From a virus (lineage: Duplodnaviria; Caudoviricetes), in IMG/VR virus record IMGVR_UViG_3300028908_000011, positions 1-57,044 of that record: a stretch of DNA of 57,044 nt, one strand, 5' to 3'. Below, piece after piece: positions 9,184-18,716 of this stretch. Under the pieces are notes generated by a model. That model saw only the letters and a program-made list of their open reading frames with translations, was not told the origin of the DNA and ran no database searches. Made by a program: the position numbers and the translations under genes. Numbering within the stretch: the first letter of the stretch is position 1; every line of letters starts with the position of its first letter.

Positions 9184-9456
9184 TTACTCTTTCTTATAGA
9201 TTTTTAACATGTCTTCCAGATACTCTAATGGAGTGTCTAAAACATCTTTCCAAGTGTAGTTTTTTAAACCTAACTCGTTTTTTTCGACACTTTCCTTACT
9301 GCAGTACCCTACTCCAAGTCTATCAAGCTCTTTTAGAATTTCAAGTTTTCTTCTTAATCTGCTTTTTCTACTACCTAAAAACTCATTGTTTCTCATGGCT
9401 TGATCGTACATTATGCACAAAATAAAAATCAAAAACACATATAATAAATTCTCCAT
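9184..9456 (-). CDS. Hypothetical protein with N-terminal TM
   Basis: 90 aa ORF in lysis region. Confidence 0.6.
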   Translation of the reverse strand: MENLLYVFLIFILCIMYDQAMRNNEFLGSRKSRLRRKLEILKELDRLGVGYCSKESVEKNELGLKNYTWKDVLDTPLEYLEDMLKIYKKE

Positions 9457-9468
9457 TTTTTCAACCTT

Positions 9469-10755
9469 CTATTTTGTTCTTATACATAGCTGTATAGCTA
9501 TATTTTTTGGTCTCGTTTCAGAGTCTCCGCTTATCAGATCAATCGGCGGTATTTCCGTATAGCGAAGATATCCGAAATCAGGGTACCTGTCTCCAATTTC
9601 TACAAAGTAGTTTGTAGTAGTAGATCTGTCGTAACCTGTTCCGTTTGAAAATCCGAAACTATCCGGTTTTACCTGTAAGCGTAATCCGTTTATCGCTGTC
9701 GCATCCTGTTCAACTGATAATAGATCTCTTGAATCCCCTGCAACTCTCAAAAACTGACTCCTGAAATCAGGTAGGAAATCAAGCCCAAGTATAGCGCTTA
9801 ACTCCGGCGTATCTATTTGACCTCCTCTCAAAGGTCTGCTACTTGCCGGGCACTCTCTTCTTAACCAAATAAACACCTCACCTACTCTTTTTATATCGTC
9901 TTTCAGGTCGTATATTTTTTCATTTGCTTCATTTATCTCGTTTGTTATTCTATTATTTATCGTGTCTATTCCGATGCTAAAATCTTCTATAGTTACATAG
10001 TTGTTTAACTCTGTCTCTATATCTCTTATTTTCTCATTTGTGCTTCTTTCTATTTCTGTAAGGCTTACGTTTGTTCTGCTCTCTATAAGCTCTAAAGATG
10101 TTTTTGTTTTTTCGTCAAGCATAGATATTTTTTCATCTATGTTTTTCAGATTGTTTTCTGTTTTTTCATCAAGTGCTTTTATGTTTGCACTTACTTTGCC
10201 GTCAAGTAAAATCAAGCCTTCGTCAATCTTAGTGTTTAGCGTATCCGAACTATCTGCTATTTTCTTATCAAGTTCACTTTTGCTTTCTTCTAGTCTTGTT
10301 TTTAGATCACCTATAGACTCTTTAGCTCTTGTATCTATATCCTTTGCCAAACCTCTTAAGCTCTCTATAGTTTTTCCTACTTCTAGCCTTGTGATATTTA
10401 TATCACTGTTCAGCGTTGAAATACTGCTGTTAAGATCCCTGTATATTCTCTCTTTAAAAGATTTATAAAGAGACTCTAACTCTTTGTCCTTTATCGTTAA
10501 AGCGTTTGATAATATCTGCAACTGTAGATACAGATCGTTTAGATCCATTCTTACATCTCTTGCTATTTTTCTTCTAAGCTCTTTTATCTTTTTATCAGAA
10601 TAAGAGTTGCACTCTTTTTTTATGCTGTCTTTTGTATCAAAAAGTTTTTTATCTACTGATCTTTCTATTTCAATTTTTTGAGTTTGTGCATCTTTTTTTA
10701 TCTGCACTATCTCTTTTTCTGTTTTTTCTTCAGTTAAGCGGATCTTTGTATGCAC
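9469..10755 (-). CDS. Coiled-coil protein with C-terminal phage tail-collar domain (probably the -1 frame extension of 10851-11123)
   Basis: GEVFIW...LPDFRSQFLR...EQDA...ETRPKNIA collar motifs; frame stays open upstream to 10866 with no further start codon. Confidence 0.75.
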   Translation of the reverse strand: MHTKIRLTEEKTEKEIVQIKKDAQTQKIEIERSVDKKLFDTKDSIKKECNSYSDKKIKELRRKIARDVRMDLNDLYLQLQILSNALTIKDKELESLYKSFKERIYRDLNSSISTLNSDINITRLEVGKTIESLRGLAKDIDTRAKESIGDLKTRLEESKSELDKKIADSSDTLNTKIDEGLILLDGKVSANIKALDEKTENNLKNIDEKISMLDEKTKTSLELIESRTNVSLTEIERSTNEKIRDIETELNNYVTIEDFSIGIDTINNRITNEINEANEKIYDLKDDIKRVGEVFIWLRRECPASSRPLRGGQIDTPELSAILGLDFLPDFRSQFLRVAGDSRDLLSVEQDATAINGLRLQVKPDSFGFSNGTGYDRSTTTNYFVEIGDRYPDFGYLRYTEIPPIDLISGDSETRPKNIAIQLCIRTK

Positions 10756-10850
10756 AACTTTTTCAACCTCGTCAAGCTCCAGCCCGCTTCTGTTTGTAGT
10801 TGTATCACCTTCGATACTATCTCCGGTGACACTTTTGTTTGCCTGTGAGG

Positions 10851-11123
10851 TTATTCGTTTTTTGAGTTATTCTCACTTGTAGTGTTGTGCTTTGACAGAT
10901 CTATACCGCCTTGAACATTGCCAATGTTGCCCATCTTTACTGCTCCATTGCTTAACTGATCGTTTGATACCGTACTCTCAACTTTTTTCGACTGATCTAG
11001 CTTTGCGTTGTCGCTTACTGTTCCTGTAGCTCCACCACCCATTACAGAAAGTATAATGAGTCCTATAATTACAACCGCTCCGATAATTATTGCTGTTTTG
11101 TTTTTGTTTATAAAATTTTCCAT
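10851..11123 (-). CDS. Membrane-anchored small protein, N-terminal part of a probable frameshift fusion
   Basis: TM AIIIGAVVIIGLIILSVMG; ends TCA AAA AAC GAA TAA. Confidence 0.7.
   Translation of the reverse strand: MENFINKNKTAIIIGAVVIIGLIILSVMGGGATGTVSDNAKLDQSKKVESTVSNDQLSNGAVKMGNIGNVQGGIDLSKHNTTSENNSKNE
10857..10863 (-). other. Candidate -1 slippery heptamer A AAA AAC
   Basis: In the correct phase; a -1 slip enters the 9469 reading frame. Confidence 0.6.
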
Positions 11124-11226
11124 CTTTTTACCTTTCTTAATTTATATAAATAAAATAGCAAAAATATATAATATAATTTTTTGATAAGCTATTTCAATAT
11201 CTCCAAAAAACAAAAGGCACTTTTTT

Positions 11227-11682
11227 TTGACTCGTAAAGATTTTATAAAAAGCATTACCTATGTCGATTTTATAAACGCATATAACGACTATTATCTTTT
11301 TATGTCAATTTTTGACGACTGCTTTCATCTTGCATCTGTAGCTATTAAAGAGCTATGTAGTCATGAGAAAAATATCTACTACATAAAAAATACTTTACAG
11401 TTTAACCGCATTTGGAATCTAACAGAGGAGATAGATTTTATACTGTCTTTAGATAATTCAGCTTTAAGCGACTGGATAAACAATAACAGAGAGATATATA
11501 AAGGAGAGTGCGAAAAAGAGTTGTTAGAATTTTGCTATGTCGATAATGTAGATATGAAGAGTTTAGATAGCGATATAGATACACAAAAAGAGGTAGAAAA
11601 AATAAAACTATATGAGGCTAAAAGAAAATCAAAAAAGAAATTCTTTCAGCCTAAACTGCCGTTATTTTATCAAGATTTTTAG
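11227..11682 (+). CDS. Hypothetical protein (one of few plus-strand genes)
   Basis: 151 aa filling a gap with no minus-strand ORF; TTG start after AAAGG. Confidence 0.7.
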   Translation: MTRKDFIKSITYVDFINAYNDYYLFMSIFDDCFHLASVAIKELCSHEKNIYYIKNTLQFNRIWNLTEEIDFILSLDNSALSDWINNNREIYKGECEKELLEFCYVDNVDMKSLDSDIDTQKEVEKIKLYEAKRKSKKKFFQPKLPLFYQDF

Positions 11683-12444
11683 ATCTTTCAATATTCCTTT
11701 AAATTTTTGAGATGCATTTGCGCCTCTTCCTATATAACTTATGTTGTCCTGATATTTAGCTTTATATGTATGCTCGAACACTTCACCGTTTATAGTCAGT
11801 TTTCCTTTTTTTATGTCTGCATCAAAAATAAACTCAATATCGTATGTTTTACCTGCAATTTGTTCAACCGTTGCGTTCATATCATCGGCGTAAAAAGCCA
11901 CGGTAAATGTGTTGCTATTTCTAAAACCAAAATGTATAGCTTTATCTGTAGCTGTTCCGCTGTCTCCCAAAACATAGTTATTGTCTTGCACTTCGCTTAT
12001 TTTTACAGTTGCTTTTATCTCAAAAGATTTGTTTTTCACGATTGGTTTTTTACTAAAAGAATAATAGCCGTCTCCTGCAAACACTGCACCTTCTTCATTT
12101 AGTGCAACATTCCCTTTTTTTATAAGATCTGTTCTTTCGTGTTTCTCTTTGTCATCTTTTGTGAAATCAAATTCAAAATCATAGACTTTCTCTATGCTCT
12201 CAATCTTGTTTTTTAAAGATTCTGGAACTGGCTTACCTGCTAGTATAAATTTTAAAGCTTCTTCTTTATTTTGTCTTAACTGCTCTCTATTTTTAGCTAC
12301 TTGCATTTCAGCTGTAAAAATTTCATCTGCTTTTGCTTCAACCTGCACTATCTCATCATCTGTGAGGTCGTAAAGCTTACCTGCATAATATCCGCTAAAC
12401 CCAAGTTCTGCTATCGCATTGTTATAAAAAAATTCTTTCTGCAT
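11662..12444 (-). CDS. Tail-associated protein with LamG/concanavalin A-like domain
   Basis: Follows tail fibre; beta-rich C-terminus ending YIGRG...FKGILKDLKI. Confidence 0.65.
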   Translation of the reverse strand: MQKEFFYNNAIAELGFSGYYAGKLYDLTDDEIVQVEAKADEIFTAEMQVAKNREQLRQNKEEALKFILAGKPVPESLKNKIESIEKVYDFEFDFTKDDKEKHERTDLIKKGNVALNEEGAVFAGDGYYSFSKKPIVKNKSFEIKATVKISEVQDNNYVLGDSGTATDKAIHFGFRNSNTFTVAFYADDMNATVEQIAGKTYDIEFIFDADIKKGKLTINGEVFEHTYKAKYQDNISYIGRGANASQKFKGILKDLKILIK

Positions 12445-12453
12445 CTATATCTC

Positions 12454-13719
12454 CTAAAGTCTTGTTATCCAACATTGCTCACCTGCAATCTGACAACTTC
12501 CTGCATTGACGCTTGCTTTCAATGATAGTGTTTCACCTACTGCAATATTTGGAAAAATAACCGTTTGTGTTCCTCTGTAATATCCTGATGTATTATAAGC
12601 ATATGCAAATTCACAAACTGACGCACCTGCTCCGGTAACTACTTTTAAATCCGCTGATAAAGAGTTTGGATTTAAATCCCTAACAACTCCTGTAAATGCA
12701 AACAGATATGAACCGCTGACATTAAAAGTTAGTTTGCCACCACTTATGCTTACAATATCCTTACCGTCTATTGAATCAGTCCACTGTACGTTATCAAAAT
12801 CCCATATATCGCCGTCGTTTCTAGCAGTAAAAGGTCCAGTCTGTGCGAACGCCGCCGTGTATGTTTTATTTATTGCTATCCATTTAGCCGCGCCTGTACT
12901 GTCATCTGTGCATATATAAACTATGTTGTCGCCGTTTGTAGTGTCAACCCAAACTGATCCAAGTGAATAGCCTTGCGTGTTGTCGTTTGTCGCATTTGGA
13001 ACTGTATTAGTTGCGTTAGATTTTTGACCGCCGATTTTTTTGACATCTGTTCCATCAAGCACATAGATATCTGCATTTGTAGTATCTACAATCTCTTTTA
13101 TATTTCCCGTAAAATCGCCAGCTACCGGTACACCTGCTTTTGTTCCTACTATTTTAGATCCTGCAAATGTTTTAGGCGTAACTGCTCTTACTGCATCAGT
13201 TCCTGCATTAACTTCCGCCTGTGTAGCGATCTCAATAATACCTTTTTGAGTTTCACTTGCGTCGCTTACAGCACCACCACTACCTGAACCTATTTTTTGC
13301 CAAACTGCCGCACCTGTAGCGTCGTTTATAAGGATGTAAGGCTCTTCCGGGTTTTTGCTTGTATCTATCCAAGTATCGCCTAACTTATACCCTTTTGTAT
13401 TGTCATCCGTTGCGGTTGGAGCTGTGTTATTTGGGTATGATATAGATGCTTTTGCGATCTTAGCAAGCACATCGTTTAACTGCTGTGGCTGATTGTTTGG
13501 GTCGTATGTTTCTCCCATTCCTTCAATAAAGTCTTTTGCACTCATGGACTCTCTTGCAAATTCTGCAAGGTGAAAAATAACATCGTTTAACTCTTCACCC
13601 TTTAGCGGGTATTTGTTTGCTGTTTCCCATCCATTAGCAATAATTCCACCGCCTGCTCCTGCTCCCTGAACTACCGTACTAGGAAAAAAACTCCATTTGT
13701 CGTAAATTTTAGTTGCCAT
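12454..13719 (-). CDS. Tail fibre protein
   Basis: Follows baseplate genes; ASETQKGIIEIATQAEV...AVTP fibre motif; duplicated PTATDDNTKGYKLGDTW/PNATNDNTQGYSLGSVW. Confidence 0.8.
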   Translation of the reverse strand: MATKIYDKWSFFPSTVVQGAGAGGGIIANGWETANKYPLKGEELNDVIFHLAEFARESMSAKDFIEGMGETYDPNNQPQQLNDVLAKIAKASISYPNNTAPTATDDNTKGYKLGDTWIDTSKNPEEPYILINDATGAAVWQKIGSGSGGAVSDASETQKGIIEIATQAEVNAGTDAVRAVTPKTFAGSKIVGTKAGVPVAGDFTGNIKEIVDTTNADIYVLDGTDVKKIGGQKSNATNTVPNATNDNTQGYSLGSVWVDTTNGDNIVYICTDDSTGAAKWIAINKTYTAAFAQTGPFTARNDGDIWDFDNVQWTDSIDGKDIVSISGGKLTFNVSGSYLFAFTGVVRDLNPNSLSADLKVVTGAGASVCEFAYAYNTSGYYRGTQTVIFPNIAVGETLSLKASVNAGSCQIAGEQCWITRL

Positions 13720-13758
13720 ATATTTACCTTTCTTTTTTTGTTTTTGATTTTATAGTAA

Positions 13759-14568
13759 TTAACAAGTGCAATTTATCGCACCGCTATTAAGCCCCCACTC
13801 ACACCCATAAAAGCCATAAGCGGATCCCGGATAGTAAGTAGCGTTTAAAACCAAGCACTTAGTAATATCTTCGCTCTCATCTCCAGTAACTGCACTCGAT
13901 CTTGTATATACTTTTTTCTTATCTCCGCAATTCATAAGAGCTTCATTTAAACCACCCTGCTGTGGGTCGTTTGGATCGTATTGAAGATATAAGCATTTAA
14001 CTATGTCATCCGGGTATAGTTTTACGCACTCATTCAATGGAATCGGTATAGAGTCCAGATAAGCCTGTATGAACTGTTCTTCATCCGCTGTAAAAGGTCG
14101 CTTCATAAAGATATTTATACATCCATCTGTTTTGCATAGCTCAAAGGATCCTGCTCCAAAAATATCCTCCAAATGCTCTTGCAACTCTTTAAAAGTTTGA
14201 AAAGGATCCCCTAACTCTTTTATTCTGTTTTTTATTACGTTCAGATATGCTTCATCTGTCAATACTCCTTTATCGCATAGGTTACGATTTAATCCAAGTA
14301 TCGCGCCGAAACAATCAAGCTTCCAGCCTTCAAGCGTGTCAAGTTCACAATCATGATACATGTTGCAAACCACTTGAAACAACTCCATTTTATTAGGTCT
14401 GAACTGCTCCAAAATATTGGTCAGATTTCCGTCGTTGGCTGTTCCAAGTGTATCGCTGTTGATAACTTGTTCAAATTGGCTTATTACATCGACTCTTATG
14501 AAGTTGTCGCATGGCTTTTGTAGATCTCCGGTTTTACATCTCTCTTTTTGGGTGTCGTCTCTAGCCAT
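13759..14568 (-). CDS. Baseplate wedge protein (DUF2612-like)
   Basis: LDTLEGWKLDCFGAILGLNR...LTDEAY motif, downstream of J-like gene. Confidence 0.7.
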   Translation of the reverse strand: MARDDTQKERCKTGDLQKPCDNFIRVDVISQFEQVINSDTLGTANDGNLTNILEQFRPNKMELFQVVCNMYHDCELDTLEGWKLDCFGAILGLNRNLCDKGVLTDEAYLNVIKNRIKELGDPFQTFKELQEHLEDIFGAGSFELCKTDGCINIFMKRPFTADEEQFIQAYLDSIPIPLNECVKLYPDDIVKCLYLQYDPNDPQQGGLNEALMNCGDKKKVYTRSSAVTGDESEDITKCLVLNATYYPGSAYGFYGCEWGLNSGAINCTC

Positions 14569-14570
14569 TT

Positions 14571-15521
14571 TTAAATAACCTCTATAGCATTTCTACAAAA
14601 CACCGGTATAACCCACTCCGGAACTAAAATTTCATTCCCGCTTATAGCATCACATGGAGCGTTCATGCATGCTATGTTTAAATACTCTTCCAAGTCTCCC
14701 AAAGTATCACATGGCGTTGTGTTTGGAGCTGGTTGCGTTGCATTTAACATAAGTTGTCCTGTTGCCGGTATTTCAAAATATACATCGCTTACAACATATC
14801 CGTATTTTCCAAGCATGGACTTAAAATGTGCGTCTCTAACCAGGCTTCCAGCTGTATAGCTACAAGCTTCTTGCATTACAAGATCAATAATCTTGTTTTT
14901 ATCAGATGCCGAACATATGCAACTATCGTTGCTACTGTCTATAGTTATAGTTATTTTTAGAGCCTGTTGCGTGGCTCTGGTTATGTTGTACTCTATACAG
15001 TCTTTTGTTATAGTAGAGTTTCCTACTAGCGCACCTATTGGAGCATAGTCATGCAATACATCAGCTATATCAGCATCACTTCCGCCCGATACTATCGGAT
15101 ATACTTTGTTGTCTTTATAGATGACTCTTGCATAAGTTACATCACTTATGTTCTGCAACTGTGTTTCTAATAGAGAGAATTTTTTATATTTCGTATCTTC
15201 TACACTCTTGACACCTGTTAATCTTTTTCTTAACTCCTCGTCACTTTCTCCCGGCTTTCTGTCTATTCCCCTGATTTTTGCCATAGTTTCAAGGTAGTAG
15301 CCTGTAGCTGTCAATGGATTAATTTGCGATATAAGCGCCTGAAAAGATAAAAAGATCTCATACTCTTGTTTTGAGATGTTTTCGACCAACTGCCCTGCTA
15401 CACTTTCCGGGATAATCTCATCAAGCGGATCCATGTCAAGTATAGGTTTTATCCTATCCGCGTTACTCTGTACTATATCTTCAAATAGCGGTATTTCTAA
15501 AGTTTTTTCATCTATTAACAT
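14571..15521 (-). CDS. Baseplate J-like protein
   Basis: NPLTATGYYLE...GIDRK..ESDEELRKR, VSGGSDADIA motifs. Confidence 0.85.
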   Translation of the reverse strand: MLIDEKTLEIPLFEDIVQSNADRIKPILDMDPLDEIIPESVAGQLVENISKQEYEIFLSFQALISQINPLTATGYYLETMAKIRGIDRKPGESDEELRKRLTGVKSVEDTKYKKFSLLETQLQNISDVTYARVIYKDNKVYPIVSGGSDADIADVLHDYAPIGALVGNSTITKDCIEYNITRATQQALKITITIDSSNDSCICSASDKNKIIDLVMQEACSYTAGSLVRDAHFKSMLGKYGYVVSDVYFEIPATGQLMLNATQPAPNTTPCDTLGDLEEYLNIACMNAPCDAISGNEILVPEWVIPVFCRNAIEVI

Positions 15522-15923
15522 CTATCTAGCCTTTGTTATATATCCGTATTTTGTTTTTACTCTGTAGGTAACGTTTAAAGTCTTGTTTTCTCTATCTTCT
15601 ATCATCTGTATATCTTCTATTGCTTCAACATCTTTGATCTTAGATATTGCATTTATGATCATGGATCTTGCAAGTCTTTTGTCTCCGGTGTTATAGACCC
15701 TAAAAAATTCAGGATAATCAAAACCTGCCTCTGTATTCAAGCAATCTTCCCCTTTCCAAAACATCAAAGCGTGAGAGATCTCTTTTTTCACTCTGTCGCA
15801 TCCATTTGTAAGCAAAAAATCTTTGTGTGTTATGTCTTTGTCCGGACTCTCTCCGATTTTTACTACATAAGCGTTTTTATCTCTGTAGTCCTGTATAGTG
15901 TCAAAGATATAGTAATCAGCCAC
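15522..15923 (-). CDS. Baseplate wedge/sheath initiator (gp25-like)
   Basis: LMFWKGE.CLNTEAGFDY...VKTKYG pattern, upstream of J. Confidence 0.7.
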   Translation of the reverse strand: MADYYIFDTIQDYRDKNAYVVKIGESPDKDITHKDFLLTNGCDRVKKEISHALMFWKGEDCLNTEAGFDYPEFFRVYNTGDKRLARSMIINAISKIKDVEAIEDIQMIEDRENKTLNVTYRVKTKYGYITKAR

Positions 15924-16183
15924 TAAATCAGCTCCCTTTCAAATTCAAGTGCATCAATAGTTCTATTATCTTCTAGGGCTTCAATTTTAACACTCTCCAA
16001 ATTATTTAGGTCAATAAGCACCATATTTCCTTTAAATACATCAATTCTATTGCCTCTTTTGATAGTTATGACGGTATTGCTTTTTGTATATACGTAGAGT
16101 TCTTGCGGGCTTAAAAATTTATAGTTAAGCACTCTAGCAAATAGAGATATTTCTAGGAATATGAATAAAATAATTTTTGCCAA
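15923..16183 (-). CDS. Hypothetical exported protein
   Basis: 86 aa with signal-peptide-like N-terminus. Confidence 0.55.
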   Translation of the reverse strand: MAKIILFIFLEISLFARVLNYKFLSPQELYVYTKSNTVITIKRGNRIDVFKGNMVLIDLNNLESVKIEALEDNRTIDALEFERELI

Positions 16184-16219
16184 AACATCCCCTTTTTAGA
16201 GATATTTTAGCAGTTGATG

Positions 16220-16537
16220 TCAAGATTGTTTTTTACTAAGTCTTTCAAGTAGTTGTCTTATTTCGTTTTTGAGATACTTGTTTTCATCCTCTAGCTTCAA
16301 TACCTTGTCTATCTGTATATCAAGATTTTCTTTAAGCAGATCGTTTTCTATCTCCATTAACTCAATTCTTGAAGCACTTATGCTATCTTTTTTTATGCTT
16401 TTCTGTATGTCATTTGCTTTATGAAGTCTATAAAACCCCTCTTCCAGTCCTTCACTTTTTTTGAATTTTTCTCCGTATTGCTTAGAATACTTTAGCCTGA
16501 TTCTAAAGCTTCTGTTTAAATAGCAGTTACTTTTCAT
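16220..16537 (-). CDS. Hypothetical coiled-coil protein
   Basis: ORF track 16220-16561; ATG at 16537 has GGAGG RBS. Confidence 0.6.
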   Translation of the reverse strand: MKSNCYLNRSFRIRLKYSKQYGEKFKKSEGLEEGFYRLHKANDIQKSIKKDSISASRIELMEIENDLLKENLDIQIDKVLKLEDENKYLKNEIRQLLERLSKKQS

Positions 16538-16670
16538 CTTTTTTGCCTCCATGCTTTTCAATTCTGTTTTTTAGTTTAATACTCATTAATAACTCAAAAT
16601 TTTTAAGTCCGATCTCTTTTTTTAGTTCCTTCAAGTATTCTACTCTCTCTTTTTTTGTCATGTGTGCCAT
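16527..16670 (-). CDS. 47-aa basic protein (not in ORF track)
   Basis: Manual translation MAHMTKKERVEYLKELKKEIGLKNFELLMSIKLKNRIEKHGGKKDEK; ACAAGGAG RBS. Confidence 0.6.
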   Translation of the reverse strand: MAHMTKKERVEYLKELKKEIGLKNFELLMSIKLKNRIEKHGGKKDEK

Positions 16671-16758
16671 ATTTTCTCCTTGTTTTATTTGGTTATATCT
16701 CTATATCGGCATATTTTATAGGATCTTTATAGTTTTTTTTCATTTTTTTCGTTTTTTT

Positions 16759-16787
16759 TTGACATTTCTTGAAAAAAGCTATATAAT
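16759..16787 (+). promoter_or_regulatory. Consensus sigma70 promoter for 16815-17012
   Basis: TTGACA-17 bp-TATAAT. Confidence 0.8.
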
Positions 16788-16814
16788 TCCTAAAAGTAAA
16801 CTAAAGGATACTTT

Positions 16815-17012
16815 ATGAAAAAAGAAACTAAGGAGCTTTACAAAAAATACAAAATAGAAAACGAAAAAAGGATTAAAGCTCTAAAGAGTCAAATAGAAGA
16901 TCAAATAGTCAATTATATTGATCGACTAGCCGTTAAATACAATACCTCCGAAAATGAAGTTATTGACATCGTAAAAGAGTTGTACGGACGTGAATTTGAG
17001 AGCTGCATTTGA
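16815..17012 (+). CDS. Small hypothetical protein, possible regulator
   Basis: 65 aa, AAGGA RBS, own consensus promoter. Confidence 0.7.
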   Translation: MKKETKELYKKYKIENEKRIKALKSQIEDQIVNYIDRLAVKYNTSENEVIDIVKELYGREFESCI

Positions 17013-17023
17013 CTCTTTGATAA

Positions 17024-17446
17024 TTAAGCCGCTTGTTCAAAATCAGGCGTTTCGTATTCTGTCTCTTCATATGTGACAACTTTGACAGTCCTGTCGAACT
17101 CGTATCCTTCTTCCATTTTTGATTTTTTATGTATTATTATCCCGTCGAACCAAAATTCTTTAGGTTGCACTTTGTTTCTAAAGCACTCTTTTACGAAAAT
17201 ATCAAAGTTTCCATTGACTCTGTAAAAATCAGAATAAAAACTATTAACATTCTTTCCTTTCGCTCTAAACTTGTTGAAAATAGTTTTTAGCCGCTCCGGG
17301 ATCTCCTCATAACCTACGCTCTTACCTGCTTTTATTTCCAGGCAATAGTCGTTTATATCGTGATTAGCCGGTATTAATGCAAGTCTCTCAATGCACCTCC
17401 AAGCACTTAAAAATGATGCTGTTTCTCTTTTGGTTAATACTCTCAT
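17024..17446 (-). CDS. Hypothetical protein downstream of replication initiator
   Basis: 140 aa ORF in operon. Confidence 0.7.
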   Translation of the reverse strand: MRVLTKRETASFLSAWRCIERLALIPANHDINDYCLEIKAGKSVGYEEIPERLKTIFNKFRAKGKNVNSFYSDFYRVNGNFDIFVKECFRNKVQPKEFWFDGIIIHKKSKMEEGYEFDRTVKVVTYEETEYETPDFEQAA

Positions 17447-17447
17447 G

Positions 17448-18716
17448 CTAAATCCTTTTAACTGCTATATCTAGCAGACTTCTGACGTCTCTTTTCTTTT
17501 TCTGCTGTAAATCGCTTTTTAAGACATTTTCTTTGACTTCCCTATTCCTTCTATTGATTGAACTTCTTTCGTTCAAATTTGGCACCTTTCTGTTAATCTC
17601 TACCCCATAAGTGCTACTGTAATGATTGTAAATATAAGTCGCTCTCTTGCCTATGTTGTTTAAGAGATAAAATTTTCCGTCTTTCAAAACTACTCTTTCC
17701 CCTCTTGCATCATAGACAACATAATTTTCGCCTCTATCTAATATTTTAGGATCCGGTAACTCTCCGTAATTCCCTCTTTTAACCCACTCTCTGTAAACCT
17801 CTATCCAGTCGCTGGCTTTATGGTCGGGTCTTGTAAGCATATAGTAATCTGCAAACTTCTTTTCGTTTGTAGCGTTGTCTATCGTTGCTATCCTGCATCT
17901 CCACTCCGATAGGTCTATACTGCTTAGATACTCTTTAAGCGTTTGCTTTGTGTCTATATTTTCATGCTTTGAAGATGTGCTGTTCATGTGGTGCGATTCA
18001 AAATCCATCATAAACGGCGTGATTCTGACTGAATAGTTACCGTTTTCTTTTTGGTACTTGATATATTTCTCTTTTAGGTCTTCGATCAGCCCTTTCTCTT
18101 TTAGCTCTTTGTAGAGCTTTTTGCCTTCTTTAGTTTTTGTGACTTTGCTTTTTAAAGGAGCTTTGCTTTTGAGATCCTCGATAAAGGTTTCGTAATTTTC
18201 TTTTTTGGTATTTTTTTTGATTTTGTTTTGTTCACATCCGCATGTGTGTTTATATATGTGTTTAAATTCTTTGTTTAATATATATAGTATGTTATGGTTA
18301 AAGTTGTTTACCATTATTGGTAAAAGTTCTTTACCATTAATAGTAAAAGTTTTTAACCATTGATCGTATTTTAATTGGTAAAAGTTTTTAACCATTAATT
18401 TCTTTTTTGTTTTTGTTCTTTCACCATCTATTGAAAAATTTACTCCATATTTATACCCTGTTCTTTGTTTCCCGTATCTCTTTATAAGCTTCAATTCTAT
18501 AAGCCCTGTTAAAGCCTTTATTACTGTTGGTTTTGACTTTCCTACAATATTGCATATTTTTTCAACTGTTAGAGTGTCGGTTCTGCTTCTTTGCCATCCT
18601 GTAGTATTTCTTATGATCACATGGTATATTTTAAACTCTGCATCCGTTATTTTTGTTATTAACTCATCAACTATGATATTTGGAGTTTGGTACGAATTTG
18701 GTATATACTTACTCAT
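17448..18716 (-). CDS. Phage replication initiator (lambda O-like N-terminus)
   Basis: PNSYQTPNIIVDE...EFKIYHVIIRNTTGWQR plus wHTH; internal iterons. Confidence 0.82.
   Translation of the reverse strand: MSKYIPNSYQTPNIIVDELITKITDAEFKIYHVIIRNTTGWQRSRTDTLTVEKICNIVGKSKPTVIKALTGLIELKLIKRYGKQRTGYKYGVNFSIDGERTKTKKKLMVKNFYQLKYDQWLKTFTINGKELLPIMVNNFNHNILYILNKEFKHIYKHTCGCEQNKIKKNTKKENYETFIEDLKSKAPLKSKVTKTKEGKKLYKELKEKGLIEDLKEKYIKYQKENGNYSVRITPFMMDFESHHMNSTSSKHENIDTKQTLKEYLSSIDLSEWRCRIATIDNATNEKKFADYYMLTRPDHKASDWIEVYREWVKRGNYGELPDPKILDRGENYVVYDARGERVVLKDGKFYLLNNIGKRATYIYNHYSSTYGVEINRKVPNLNERSSINRRNREVKENVLKSDLQQKKKRDVRSLLDIAVKRI
18295..18397. repeat. Four ~22-bp imperfectly palindromic iterons, putative lytic origin
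   Basis: TGGTAAAAGTTTTTAACCATTA-like copies at 18295, 18318, 18341, 18376, beside an AT-rich tract. Confidence 0.8.

Noticed and set aside
9469-13719. Diversity-generating retroelement or invertible tail-fibre shufflon
   Set aside because: No reverse transcriptase, no template/variable repeat pair and no inverted fibre cassettes seen
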